Below are positions 1-10,841 of a stretch of 15,573 nt of DNA, piece after piece. The stretch is from assembly GCA_030141605.1 (NCBI GenBank), contig JAQGDQ010002082.1, positions 1 through 15,573 of the forward strand. The letters run 5' to 3'. Source of the stretch: Tubiluchus corallicola. Taxonomy: Eukaryota > Animalia > Priapulida. Every line of letters starts with the position of its first letter. The stretch's first letter is position 1. The position numbers and the translations under genes are program-made. The notes under the pieces are model-generated. The model was not told where the DNA came from, did no database searches, and was given only the letters and a program-made list of their open reading frames with translations.

Positions 1-86
1 TGAAGAGAAGGGCGGACAAGTGAAGAGAGGAACAGAAGAGAGAAGAGAAGGGCACAGACTTGAAGAGAGGAACAGAAAACAGAAGA
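1..86. repeat. Purine-rich 20/40-bp minisatellite, truncated by window start
   Basis: GAAGAGA recurs every 20 bp; TGAAGAGAGGAACAGAA occurs at 21 and 61. Confidence 0.6.
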
Positions 87-288
87 TCAGTGCAATTCTG
101 ATAGTACATATAATTACTTGTTCATTAATTAACTAATTAATTATAGTCTGTCTGTTATTCAGATGTCTGTATAAAGAATTCTGACTGTTTTGTTATAAGC
201 TGGGCAAATTTGGTCAATGCGGTAGCGTCATTCTTTATTATTTTGCAAATGCTCTACATTTTTTTATTTTAATTTCACAGAATGAACA

Positions 289-495
289 AGGTCAAATGAG
301 ATCAAATGACCTCAAGCGAGGTCAAATGAGGTCAGACAAAGTCAAGTGAGGTCAAATGAGGTCAAGTGAGGTCAAAAGAGGTCAAAAGAGTTCAAAAAGC
401 TCAAAAGAGGTCAAACGAGTTCAAAAGAGGTCAAGTGAGTTAAAACGAGGAGGTAAAATGAGGTCAAATGAGGTCAAACGAGGTCAAATGAAGTC
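289..495. repeat. 10-bp minisatellite (AGGTCAnnnn)x~20
   Basis: Perfect AGGTCA at 289, 319, 329, 349, 359, 369, 379, 408, 428, 461, 471, 481; AGTTCA at 389 and 418; degenerate units in between. Confidence 0.9.
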
Positions 496-654
496 TATAA
501 TGTACCCTGAATTCTCATTAATTCTCACGTGGTACACATTTGCAAGAAGAGACGAGAAGAGGAGCAAAGAGAAGCAGATAGGCAGAAAAGGAAAGAGAAG
601 GTGGTAAAAGAAGATTGAAGAAGGTAAGAGAAGATGAAAGAAGAGAAAAGTTAC

Positions 655-843
655 CTCGGTACAGCTAACCATGCCCGCTTTAATCTGTACACAGGATTTG
701 ACTGTAAACCGGATATAGCAGCTTTCAGGGAAGAAAAGTTTTTTAGGAACCTCAACTCCTGGGCTAGGAGAATCCATTTGGTGATGACTCGAGCTCTCTC
801 TGTGTGTTTCAGTTTAACATCTCCCACGATTGTAGATATCACT
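655..843 (-). CDS. Rgl: Internal coding exon of a Ral guanine nucleotide dissociation stimulator-like (RalGDS/RGL) gene, CDC25/RasGEF catalytic domain
   Basis: Translation VISTIVGDVKLKHTERARVITKWILLAQELRFLKNFSSLKAAISGLQSNPVYRLKRAWLAVPR matches the RalGDS/RGL signature (RA..I.KWI..A.E.R.LKNFSSL.AI.S.LQSN..YRL...W..VPR). The minus-strand acceptor is tattttttacag|A (AG at 845-844) and the donor is AG|gtaact (GT at 654-653). Length is 189 nt, phase 2 at both ends. Confidence 0.93.
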
Positions 844-933
844 CTGTAAAAAATAAGAGAATTACAAGTATAATTTCCTTTAACTCGTAAGAATTGTTGC
901 GTTTTTGCGGATACGTTTTAAGCAGAATTCGTT

Positions 934-1918
<985 letters not shown>

Positions 1919-2014
1919 CTTGAGATTTGAATTCTATAGCTGACAAAGGTAAAGAGCTAAAACAAGATTAAATATCTCAGCTCAAAATTAAATTAAAATT
2001 TCTCCAATATGCCT

Positions 2015-2152
2015 TTTCGCACTGTCGTTGTGCGCATGGGCAGTCGCTGCAGGTCAAAAATTAGGTGTATTACAGCCACTCATCTACAACCGTCACGTTA
2101 GATGTATGTAAAGCAAAGCCGTTTGCTGCGTCAGTTCAGTAACTTCAGTTGC
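2015..2152 (+). mobile_element. Decayed dispersed repeat, direct copy of 15001..15132
   Basis: Collinear blocks TCGTTGTGCGCATG(G/C)GCAGT, AGGTCAAA, AAGCAA.GCC.T.TGCT, TCAGTTCAGTAA are shared with 15001..15132. Confidence 0.7.
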
Positions 2153-2529
2153 TTTACATGGGCTTTACGTAATACATAGTTATGTATTATACTGTGCATA
2201 GAGTGATTTACTAGCAGAATCTTGCTTGGGAACAAGAAAAAATGAACTAGGTAAGATTCTAGCTGTTAAAACTGTTACTATTACAATAGCATGGGCTGCG
2301 AGGCGTTGTAAAGTGTACACAAACTTGTTGTCTGGTTCACTTGACCTTTGACCTTTTCACGACCATCATCAGTCGCTGGAAGTGTGAAACATCAATATTT
2401 CACAGATAACTGATTTTGTCACGACTAGCAAAGCTCATACTTGAAAAGGATTATCGAATTTCAAAAAATATTATTTTTAATTGAAACGTTGTTTAAATAT
2501 GTAGTCAAAACATTTTATTTCTGACTAGC

Positions 2530-2840
2530 ACTGCTAGTTCTTCGCGCTTACATGGATTTCGCCATTCTCTAGTTAGATGGGCACCAGCGCCTGCACCGCG
2601 CGAAACTTAGGTGCTGTACCTCTCAGTTCAGATGCATTCGTTTGTGACGAACTACACACGTTCGACAGTATCACTCTACTTCAACTTTCGCTTTTGTAAA
2701 CACGTGCAGCACGCAGATGGAATATTTTTGCAGTTGAAAATTAGGTTAGTTCGTGATGTCATCAACAGTTGGGCTCCTCGGTCGTTAATTAAGTTCTTAA
2801 TCTATTAATTAATTAACAGAAACTCTTTAGCATTATTAAG
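2530..2840 (+). mobile_element. Decayed dispersed repeat, inverted copy of 9645..10052; class unknown
   Basis: Blocks ATTTCGCCATTC.CTAGTTA, AGGTGCTGTACCTCTCAGTTCA, TTTCGCTTTTG.AAACACG and CGTTAATTAAGTT.TTAATCTAT match the reverse complement of 9645..10052 in order. This copy lacks about 90 bp present at ~9820..9910. Confidence 0.8.
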
Positions 2841-2872
2841 CTTGCTAAAATGTATACTTTTGCAGTATTTCA

Positions 2873-3217
2873 ACATCAGACAGCACGTGAAAAATCACAG
2901 TGCAGTGTTCTTTTCTTCAACGAATGAATGACGTGTTTGGTGGAAGAGTGGGACATCAGGCAGTATGTGAAAAATCACAGTGCAGTGTTCTTTTCTTCAA
3001 TGAATGAATGACGTCATTGGTGGAAGAGTGGGACATCAGACAGAATGTGAAAAATCACAGTGCAGTGTTCTTTTCTTCAACGAATGAATGACGTCATTGG
3101 TGGAAGAGTGGGACATCAGACAGCATGTGAAAAATCACAGTGCAGTGTTCTTTTCTTCAACGAATGAATGACGTCATTGGTGGAAGAGTGGGACATCAGA
3201 CAGTATGTGAAAAATCA
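2873..3217. repeat. 80-bp tandem repeat, ~4.3 copies
   Basis: GTGAAAAATCA at 2887, 2967, 3047, 3127, 3207; units nearly identical; TGACGTCA at 3009, 3089, 3169. Confidence 0.95.
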
Positions 3218-3236
3218 TCCTGTTTTCTTTTAACAA

Positions 3237-3531
3237 GGTTACTGTCCACTGTCCACCACTATTGGCGCAAGAGGGTCAGTTTAATCGAAATTTCAGAACC
3301 ACCGGATCAGATCTCGTCACCGCTGCCGTTGTTGCTGAAGCCACTTGATTCCTTAGTCACTGGGATTAGTTGCAGCTCAGGAAACTGGCTTCCCGGCTTC
3401 CTGCCTAGTCACGTGTCCTGTTTGAAGAAGCCACGTATCCCCGTATTAGCAGGAGAGGAATTTTGTTGATTTTGTTCCAGTCGTAGTCCGGTTTTCCACG
3501 GTCAGCGATTTTTTCGGAGTGGACAGTGTCC
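3237..3531. mobile_element. Candidate MITE (~295 bp)
   Basis: ACTGTCCACT (3241..3250) is the reverse complement of AGTGGACAGT (3518..3527), extendable imperfectly to GG/CC ends. TTAA lies at 3230 and 3533. The interior is more GC-rich than the flanks. Confidence 0.35.
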
Positions 3532-3919
3532 ATTAAAATATTCGACCTATTATACTACAGTAACTAACATCTTTAGTTGCCATAATATATTGAGATTCAT
3601 AAAAAAATACTGAGCTGTTCAATCAGTGATAGTTAAAAAACACAATTTAATTTTTTTAATTCCGTCATCTGCTAGAGTCGAACCAGCTGCCCCAGAAAAC
3701 ACAATTTTGTCAATTAAACGTTATATTCAGACGTTTTGTTCGTTAAACATGTTGAAAGGCGCCAGCATAATTACCGAATACAAAGTATTTGGGGACATAA
3801 AATTGTCAGTAAGAGCATGGTAACCTCCGCGGAGTGATACCGAGTTAAACGGTCATAATTAAGCCATTTTAATTAAACATTTGTTGGTGCAGCATTTGTT
3901 GGTGTGGAAGCTCTATGGG

Positions 3920-4045
3920 GTGTGTGTGTGTGTGTGTGTGGACTCTCGTGTGTGTTGTGAGGGTGCATGTGCATGCATGCATGTGTGTGTGCTTGTGTGT
4001 GTGTGCGTGTGTGTAGTGAGAGTGTGTGTGCACGTGTGTGTGCGT

Positions 4046-4087
<42 letters not shown>
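3920..4087. repeat. (GT)n microsatellite with GC/AT interruptions
   Basis: Direct reading of the sequence. Confidence 0.95.
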
Positions 4088-4090
<3 letters not shown>

Positions 4091-4417
4091 GTATTTTTAG
4101 TGTATTATATAATAATTTTTAAGCTAAAATAAAAGGGTTTTATTGAATTGAATTGAAAAAATTGAATTTATGAAACTGAATTTTGTGATAGAACTGATTA
4201 ACTAGACGGTAGCAGCGCCACCACTAAATCAAAAGCTCCTAAGGGCTTCAAGGTTCATTTCCTGTTCCTCCTGCCCCAGAGAGAAATTGACTCGTGATTT
4301 CTCTTGATTTTGGTTGGAAAACAACAAATTTAACTTGAATTGAACCAAAGCAATAAAATCACACTGAAACGCAGGTGCATTTCGCATTATCACTTACAAC
4401 AAGCGGAACCAGAATTA

Positions 4418-4601
4418 AAAGCAATCACACTGGGACGCTTTGCGCATGCGCGAAGTGGATACCGGAGAAATAGATTTGAAAGCAATCGCTTTGGGACCCT
4501 CTACGCATGCGCGAAGTTGAGAACCGGGCAAATAGGTTTGAAAGCAATCACTCTGGGACGCTCTACGCATGCGCGAAGTTGAGAACGGGGAAATAGATTT
4601 G
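4418..4601. repeat. 61-62-bp tandem repeat x3
   Basis: AAAGCAATC at 4418, 4479, 4541; each unit has TGGGAC, CGCATGCGCGAAGT and AAATAG.TTTG. Confidence 0.9.
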
Positions 4602-4628
4602 CCGCTTCGGTGGCATTTTTAGTTGACG

Positions 4629-4894
4629 GAATTTCTCGACGCTGTTAACTTGTGTTAATTCTTGTGGCTAAAATATCTTGAAATTTGGTCTTTTAGCGGC
4701 TAAAACAGTCAAAATTAAATAATTTGTGGCTAAAAAAAGCTAATATTTTTTGTTTGTTTGTGAATTTCTGGACGCTGTTAACGTGTGTTAATTCTTGTGG
4801 CTAAAATATCTTGAAATATCTTTGTCTTTAGCGGTCAAAATAGTCAAAATTAAATAATTTTTGGCTAAAAAAGCTAATAATTTTTGTTTGTGAA
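4629..4894. repeat. 133-bp tandem duplication
   Basis: GAATTTCT.GACGCTGTTAAC.TGTGTTAATTCTTGTGGCTAAAATATCTTGAAAT starts at 4629 and 4762. Confidence 0.9.
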
Positions 4895-5600
4895 GTGCGC
4901 GTATGTATTGATAAAATTATTATAAGTTAATTAAAGTTAAAGATTTTACAGTAATCACAATGGTAAGTATTTTATTTTGTTGATAAATTTAATTAGTTTT
5001 TCGTTAATAATTTTTTAAATTAATAAAATAATTAATAATTTTAATTAAATAATTAAAATTAATTAATTCTTTTAAATTTAAACGAATATTTAATGTTCAA
5101 CAATATTACTAACGTACGTGTGTTTGTGTTTGCTTTTATATGTACGAGTAAATAATGAATAAATAAATAAATAATCAAGTGATTCACCAATAAAAAACTT
5201 TCAGTTTTATAAAAAAATTTAAGTGAAAAAAAGTCCAATTAAAATATACCTGCAGCCTAATAGGAGGGCTGGAAAGACAAACAGCTTCACGGAATTAAAG
5301 GAAAAAGATACACATTTTACTCTTATCACTTACAAATACAACAAATATTTGCAAAAATGTGTCAGCATAAAAAGCAAAAAATTTATTTGCTTGAAAATTT
5401 TCAGGTGTGGCAGTAGCCACCATTCACTTGACACAATTACGACTTAAGTAGTGAAACTTACTAAGTGATTAATCTTAAGCGTGTAGTTGTTGTACATAAG
5501 CGCGTGCCCATTAAACTAATTCAAACTCCTGGAGTGGTCAGGCAAAAAATCTCACCAAACTATCCATCTGTAAAAACTTGTTATACTTTTGCCAAAAATT

Positions 5601-6117
5601 GAAAAGAACACTTTAAAGTTGCGATCATTTCACGCTTGGATGCTCCCGCTCTTCCACCAATGACGTCATCCATTCGTTGAAAAAAAGAACACTGCATGTC
5701 ATTGGTGGAAGAGTGGGAGCATCCAATCGTGAAATGATCGCAACTTTAAAGTGTTCTTTTCTTCAACGAACGGATGACGTCATTGGTGGAAGTGTGGGAG
5801 CACCCAAGCGTGAAATGATCGCAATATTAAAGTGTTCTTTTTTCAACGAATGGATGACGTCATTGGTGGAAGAGTGGTAGCACTCAAGCGTGAAATGATC
5901 GCAACTTTAAAGTGTTCTTTTCTTCAACGAATAAATAACGTCATTGGTGGAAGAGTGTGAGCATCCAAGCGCGAAATTATCGCAACTTTAGAGTGATTTT
6001 ACTAATTACACGAGGCGCTTATCACGGTTTTATTACCAAATCATCTTCACATTTTTCACGAACGTTAAAATTTTCCACGAAATTCAACGAATGGATGACG
6101 TCATTGGTGGAAGAATG
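5601..6117. repeat. 80/81-bp tandem repeat related to the 2873..3217 array, first unit inverted
   Basis: GTCATTGGTGGAAG at 5698, 5779, 5859, 5940, plus a partial copy at 6100. 5601..5664 is the reverse complement of 5698..5761. It shares the core AGTGTTCTTTTCTTCAACGAA..ATGACGTCATTGGTGGAAGAGTGGGA with the 80-bp array. Confidence 0.92.
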
Positions 6118-6480
6118 CAAACTCAGCGAAAATTTAAATGTAATCACAGTTGTTGCCTTTTATGTAATGAGTTCTGTCTCTAGACAGTAATTTACGGCAC
6201 CTTTATGTATTTTTAAAGGGACAAACACAAGAAATTTAAATTTAAAGTGTTTTATTTCCCTATCATTATTTGTTCAGATGTTCAACGACATGCAGCAGAG
6301 AGAAAAACGATTGCTGATTCTTTATAGAGCGCGGATTGTAATAATGCGCGCTTTGCTATGCGCGTTTAACAAATTTGGTTAACATTATCCAATTTCCGTT
6401 ATCCGAATAAGTGAAATTGCACTTCCGTTTGTTAGTCTGTTTGTCTTTCTGGTTGGGAGAGAGAAACATTTTCACATACG

Positions 6481-7320
6481 TAACACAGACAGGGCGAGGG
6501 AGGGGAGAAGAGAAGGGAAGAGAAAGAGAAAGACTGAAAGAGAGAAAGGGAGAATGAAAAGTTGAGTGTTATTATGCGAGGGACAACAGAGACAGGAAGA
6601 GGGAGAGGAGAAAGAGAAGGGAAGAGAAAGAGAAAGACTGAAAGAGAGAAGAGGTGAATGAAAAGTTGGGTGTTATTATGAGAAGGACAGCAAAGACAGG
6701 AAGAGGGAGAGGAGAAAGAGAAGGGAAGAGAAAGAGAGAAAGAGAAAGACAGAAAGAGAGAAGAATAGAATGAGAAGATGAGTGTTATTATGAGAGGGAC
6801 AACAAAGACAGGAAGGGGGAGAGGAGAAAGAAAAGGGAAGAGAAAGAGAAAGACTGAAAGAGAGAAGGGGTGAATGAAAAGTTGAGTGTTATCAGGAATG
6901 AGACAACACAGACAGGAAGGGGGGGGGGGAGAAAGAGAAGGGAAGAGAAAGAGAAGGACTAAAGGAGAGAAGGGGTGAATGAAAAGATGTATGTTATTAT
7001 GCGAGGGACAACGCAGACAGGAAGAGGGAGAGGAGAAAGAGAAGAAAGAGAGAGACTAAAAGAGAGAAGGGAGATGAAAAGTTGAGTGTTATTATGCGAG
7101 AGACATCACAGACAGGAAGAGGGAGGGATGATGAGAAGGGAAGAGAAAGAGAGAAAGAGAAGGACCGAAAGAGAGAAGGGGTGAATGAAAAGTTGAGGGG
7201 TGAATGAGAGGGACAACACAGACTGGAAGAGGGAGGGGAGAAAGAGAAGGGAAGAAAAAGAGAGAAAGAGAAAGATTGAAAAAGAGAAGTAGAGAACGAA
7301 AGAAAAATTGAATGTGAATT
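6481..7320. repeat. Purine-rich minisatellite, ~100-110-bp unit, ~8 diverged copies
   Basis: Recurring ACAGACAGGAAGAGGGAGAGGAGAAAGAGAAGGGAAGAGAAAG and GAATGAAAAGTTGAGTGTTATTATG blocks. Confidence 0.9.
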
Positions 7321-7679
7321 ATCATAACTATATTTATATAACGGAGTGACTTTTCGTGCAAGAAAACTTCACTTAACCATCATTTCGTGAAAACAGCAAT
7401 ATGCAAATTCTTCGAAAAGAACATCGGGATTTTTCAAGGTTGCTGGCGACAGTTTTGCAAATCAATGATATTTAAATAATGGAGCTTTGATCAATATGCT
7501 TTGATCAGAGTGGAACAATAAGATTTTTCGCAAGCAGAAGCCATTTTACAACGATTTGAAAGGAAAGCTCAGGAAATGAAACCCGGGTAAGAAAGAGGCG
7601 AAACCATTTGCAAAAAATCAGTTGATCTTGAATGTTTACTTGAAGAATTTACGCATCGATTAGTCAAAAGCTATTCATG

Positions 7680-8670
7680 TTCATGCACGCCGTGTCCGAT
7701 AATTCGGCAACCGATAAAAACACTGAGGTTCGATTCGATTTATTCGGCTTAACGAGTTCAGATTCAAGCACGCCGTGTCCGATAATTCGGCAACCGATAA
7801 AAACACTGAGGTTCGATTCGATTTATTCGGCTTAACGAGTTCAGATTCATGCATACAGTGTCCGATAATTCGGCAACTGATAAAAACACCGATGCTCGAT
7901 TCGATTTAGTCGGCTTAACGAGTTCAGATTCAAGCACACAGTGTCCGATGATTCGGCAACCGATAAAAACACTGAGGTTCGATTCGATTTATTCGGCTTA
8001 ACGAGTTCAGATTCAAGCACGCCGTGTCCGATAATTCGGCAACCGATAAAAACACCGAGGTTCGATTCGATTTATTCGGCTTAGCGAGTTCAGATTCATG
8101 CATACCGTGTCCGATAATTCGGCAACCGATAAAAACACCGATGCTCGATTCGATTTATTCGGCTTAACGAGTTCAGATTCATGCACACAGTGTCCGATAA
8201 TTCGGCAACCGATAAAAACACTGAGGTTTGATTCGATTTATTCGGTTTAACGAGTTCAGATTGATGCACGCCGTGTCCGATGAATCGGCAACCGATAAAA
8301 ACACTGAGGTTCGATTCGATTTATTCGGCTTAACGAGTTCAGATTCAAGCACGCCGTGTCCGATAATTCGGCAACCGATAAAAACACCGAGGTTCGATTC
8401 GATTTATTCGGCTTAGCGAGTTCAGATTCATGCATACCGTGTCCGATAATTCGGCAACCGATAAAAACACCGATGCTCGATTCGATTTATTCGGCTTAAC
8501 GAGTTCAGATTCATGCACACAGTGTCCGATAATTCGGCAACCGATAAAAACACTGAGGTTTGATTCGATTTATTCGGTTTAACGAGTTCAGATTGATGCA
8601 CGCCGTGTCCGATGATTCGGCAACCGATAAAAACACTGATGTTCGACTCGATTTATTCGGCCTAACGAGT
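7680..8670. repeat. 83-bp CpG-rich satellite, 12 copies
   Basis: GTGTCCGAT at 7692, 7775, 7858, 7941, 8024 ... 8605, an exact 83-bp period. Confidence 0.97.
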
Positions 8671-9644
8671 CAGCTTGCTTTATGCTTCATGGCGTGTGAG
8701 ATTTTTAAATATATTTAAATAGTTTCACGCCTTCAATGTCCTTTGATGTAATAGATTCTGCTATCACACCACAAGCAGTTATCAAAACGCAGCGTGTAAA
8801 TAGCGCTTCAATAATTTCTTGGTTATATTGATCAGTGAGAATTTTATCAATAATTTTTGTTCGCCGCGCATCTTAAAGCGATGATGCGCGAAATAAAACA
8901 GAAGTAAATTAAATTTAGCTAGTCAAACAATTTTTATTGTTTCCTTTCATAGTTCATAGTAACAATTATCATTATTCTTGCGTTATATCTCAAGGCCATA
9001 CACTATACTGCAGAATTTACTTAAAGAACTTGGCTAGATGGGTATAAGTCAGCAGTTACAGTGGGTAAGTTAAACAACACTAAACCTGGTGTAAGAAAGA
9101 CGACGGGTGAGCGCCAAAAATCTCTCCCACTGACTTTTTACTACCGCAGATTATATACCTTCTTCAAGAAAAGCCTACTCATAAGTTATAATGAATAGGT
9201 ACTGGTCCCACCACAACGAGCATGTCGTTGACTGTTGTACAGCCGCAGCTTACAAATAGCCAGATTGAATAAAACTGGCCGTGGGAAGCTGATAACCTAA
9301 CAAAAACATGGCTACACTCTACTGCACGCCGTCACCATGGCAACGCAGAGATGCCACTCCATGGTAACAGAAAAACGAGATCTTCTTCCAGCAGAGAGTC
9401 GACCTGCAGCAGCTTTGGGATGGCATGAGACGAATGTCCGGTTTTCTCAAATTTGCAAGAGCACAGCATGGCTTCAGCGGAGAAGAGAAGCCAACTGTGT
9501 TGCCCTGAATTTTTGCTCGAAGTGTTTTTCAAAGGGGAGAAAAAAGGGAATTTTAATCTCCCGAAAAACTTTCCTTAAAAAGTTATATTGCTTAAAGATA
9601 TACTACCCCTATAAGTCCCATAAAAAGTTTACATTTTAACATAA

Positions 9645-10052
9645 TTAATACTGCAGAAGCGTTTCTGATAAGTAAATTATAGATTAAAAACTTAATTAAC
9701 GGCCGGCGAGCCCAGCCAGTGATGACGTCACAAACGAACATTGTTTTCAACATCAAACATATTCCACGAGCGTGTTGCCCGTGTTTGCAAAAGCGAAAAC
9801 TGAAGTGCAGTGCTACTGTAAGGTATTCAGTGTGTTCTTGTACTAAAACTAGGTATGTTTTGAGATAAAAAATTCAAATTCGAAATTTACCGCTGTGCTC
9901 GCGCATGAGCTGACGAACGTGTGCAGTTCGTTACACATTTGAACTGAGAGGTACAGCACCTGTTTTTTGTGTAATGCGTTACCGAGATGCAGGTGCTAGT
10001 GCCCGTTTAACTAGCGAATGGCGAAATGCATATAACAGTGAAGAATTAGTGG
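9645..10052 (-). mobile_element. Decayed dispersed repeat, inverted relative to 2530..2840
   Basis: Same collinear blocks as listed for 2530..2840. Weaker patchy similarity may continue to ~10420 versus ~2040..2530. Confidence 0.78.
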
Positions 10053-10538
10053 CACGAACGTGAAATTGTGTTCGTGTGATAATAATTCTTTCACGTAAGT
10101 CATTCTTGACTTACAATATTTTAAAAATTAGATTGTTTTGTCTTACAGTTTATAATTTGGCTTGGTTTTGCTTTAAAAAGCGTTAATGTTGAGTGTTATA
10201 GCAATGGAGGGCAAGTTTTTTAGGTTGCCTTCTCCTTTAAATGACAGACAGCAGTTTTCATTACATCCCATGTTACATACACTAATACACGGGTAATAAT
10301 GATGATTGTTTTGCATGCATAGTCACGTGTGTAAACAGAAATGAAGCCGAGAAGCCATTGGCAAAGTAATTTCTAGTGGCAGCTAGTCTCTACCTGAAGT
10401 GTTTACCTGCCTGAAGGGCAGTTTAGTTTTATATTAGAATTCTGACTGTCTGGTGTCTGTAAATGCTGATGTATTATGCCCAGTGTATAAATTAGCTTAT
10501 GATCATTGTTAACTTGAACTCCAGTTTAAAATGTTATG

Positions 10539-10647
10539 GTCATCGTCGTCGTCATCAGCATCGTCGTTGTTCTTGTTTTTGTTCTTGTTGTCGGAGTTGT
10601 TTTATCTATAAGTAAATATATAGTCATCATCATCATCATCATCATCG

Positions 10648-10679
<32 letters not shown>

Positions 10680-10790
10680 GTAATTATTATCATCATCATC
10701 ATCTTCATCATTACCATCATTATCATCATCGTCATCATGATCGCCATCATATTTAGCCATATTGCCATAATTCATCATCATCGACGCTGT
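10539..10790. repeat. Compound (TCA/TCG/TTG)n trinucleotide microsatellite
   Basis: Direct reading of the sequence. Confidence 0.9.
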
Positions 10791-10841
10791 TATCACTACT
10801 GCGACTCGTGACACAATTTTCAAGGTCACGTGGCCAGCAAA

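Noticed and set aside
259-280. Strong + strand acceptor-like sequence before the AGGTCA array
   Set aside because: No supportable exon or donor follows; T-rich tracts ending in CAG are common here.
356-849. ORFs 356..607, 484..777 and 634..849
   Set aside because: Minisatellite translation or alternative frames over the Rgl exon.
4600-4620. Hairpin plus T-run resembling a bacterial intrinsic terminator
   Set aside because: Animal intronic DNA with no upstream bacterial-type gene; a transposon end is the more plausible reading.
7430-7600. Coding-looking stretch ending in GG|gtaag on the + strand
   Set aside because: Open stretches are short and I recognise no protein similarity.
2873-8670. 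CRISPR-like reading of the 80-, 81- and 83-bp arrays
   Set aside because: Units are near-identical along their whole length with no unique spacers, there are no cas genes, and the context is eukaryotic.
9332-9639. ORFs 9332..9532 (-) and 9337..9639 (+), checked as a possible upstream Rgl exon
   Set aside because: None of the minus-strand frames resembles RasGEF or REM domains.
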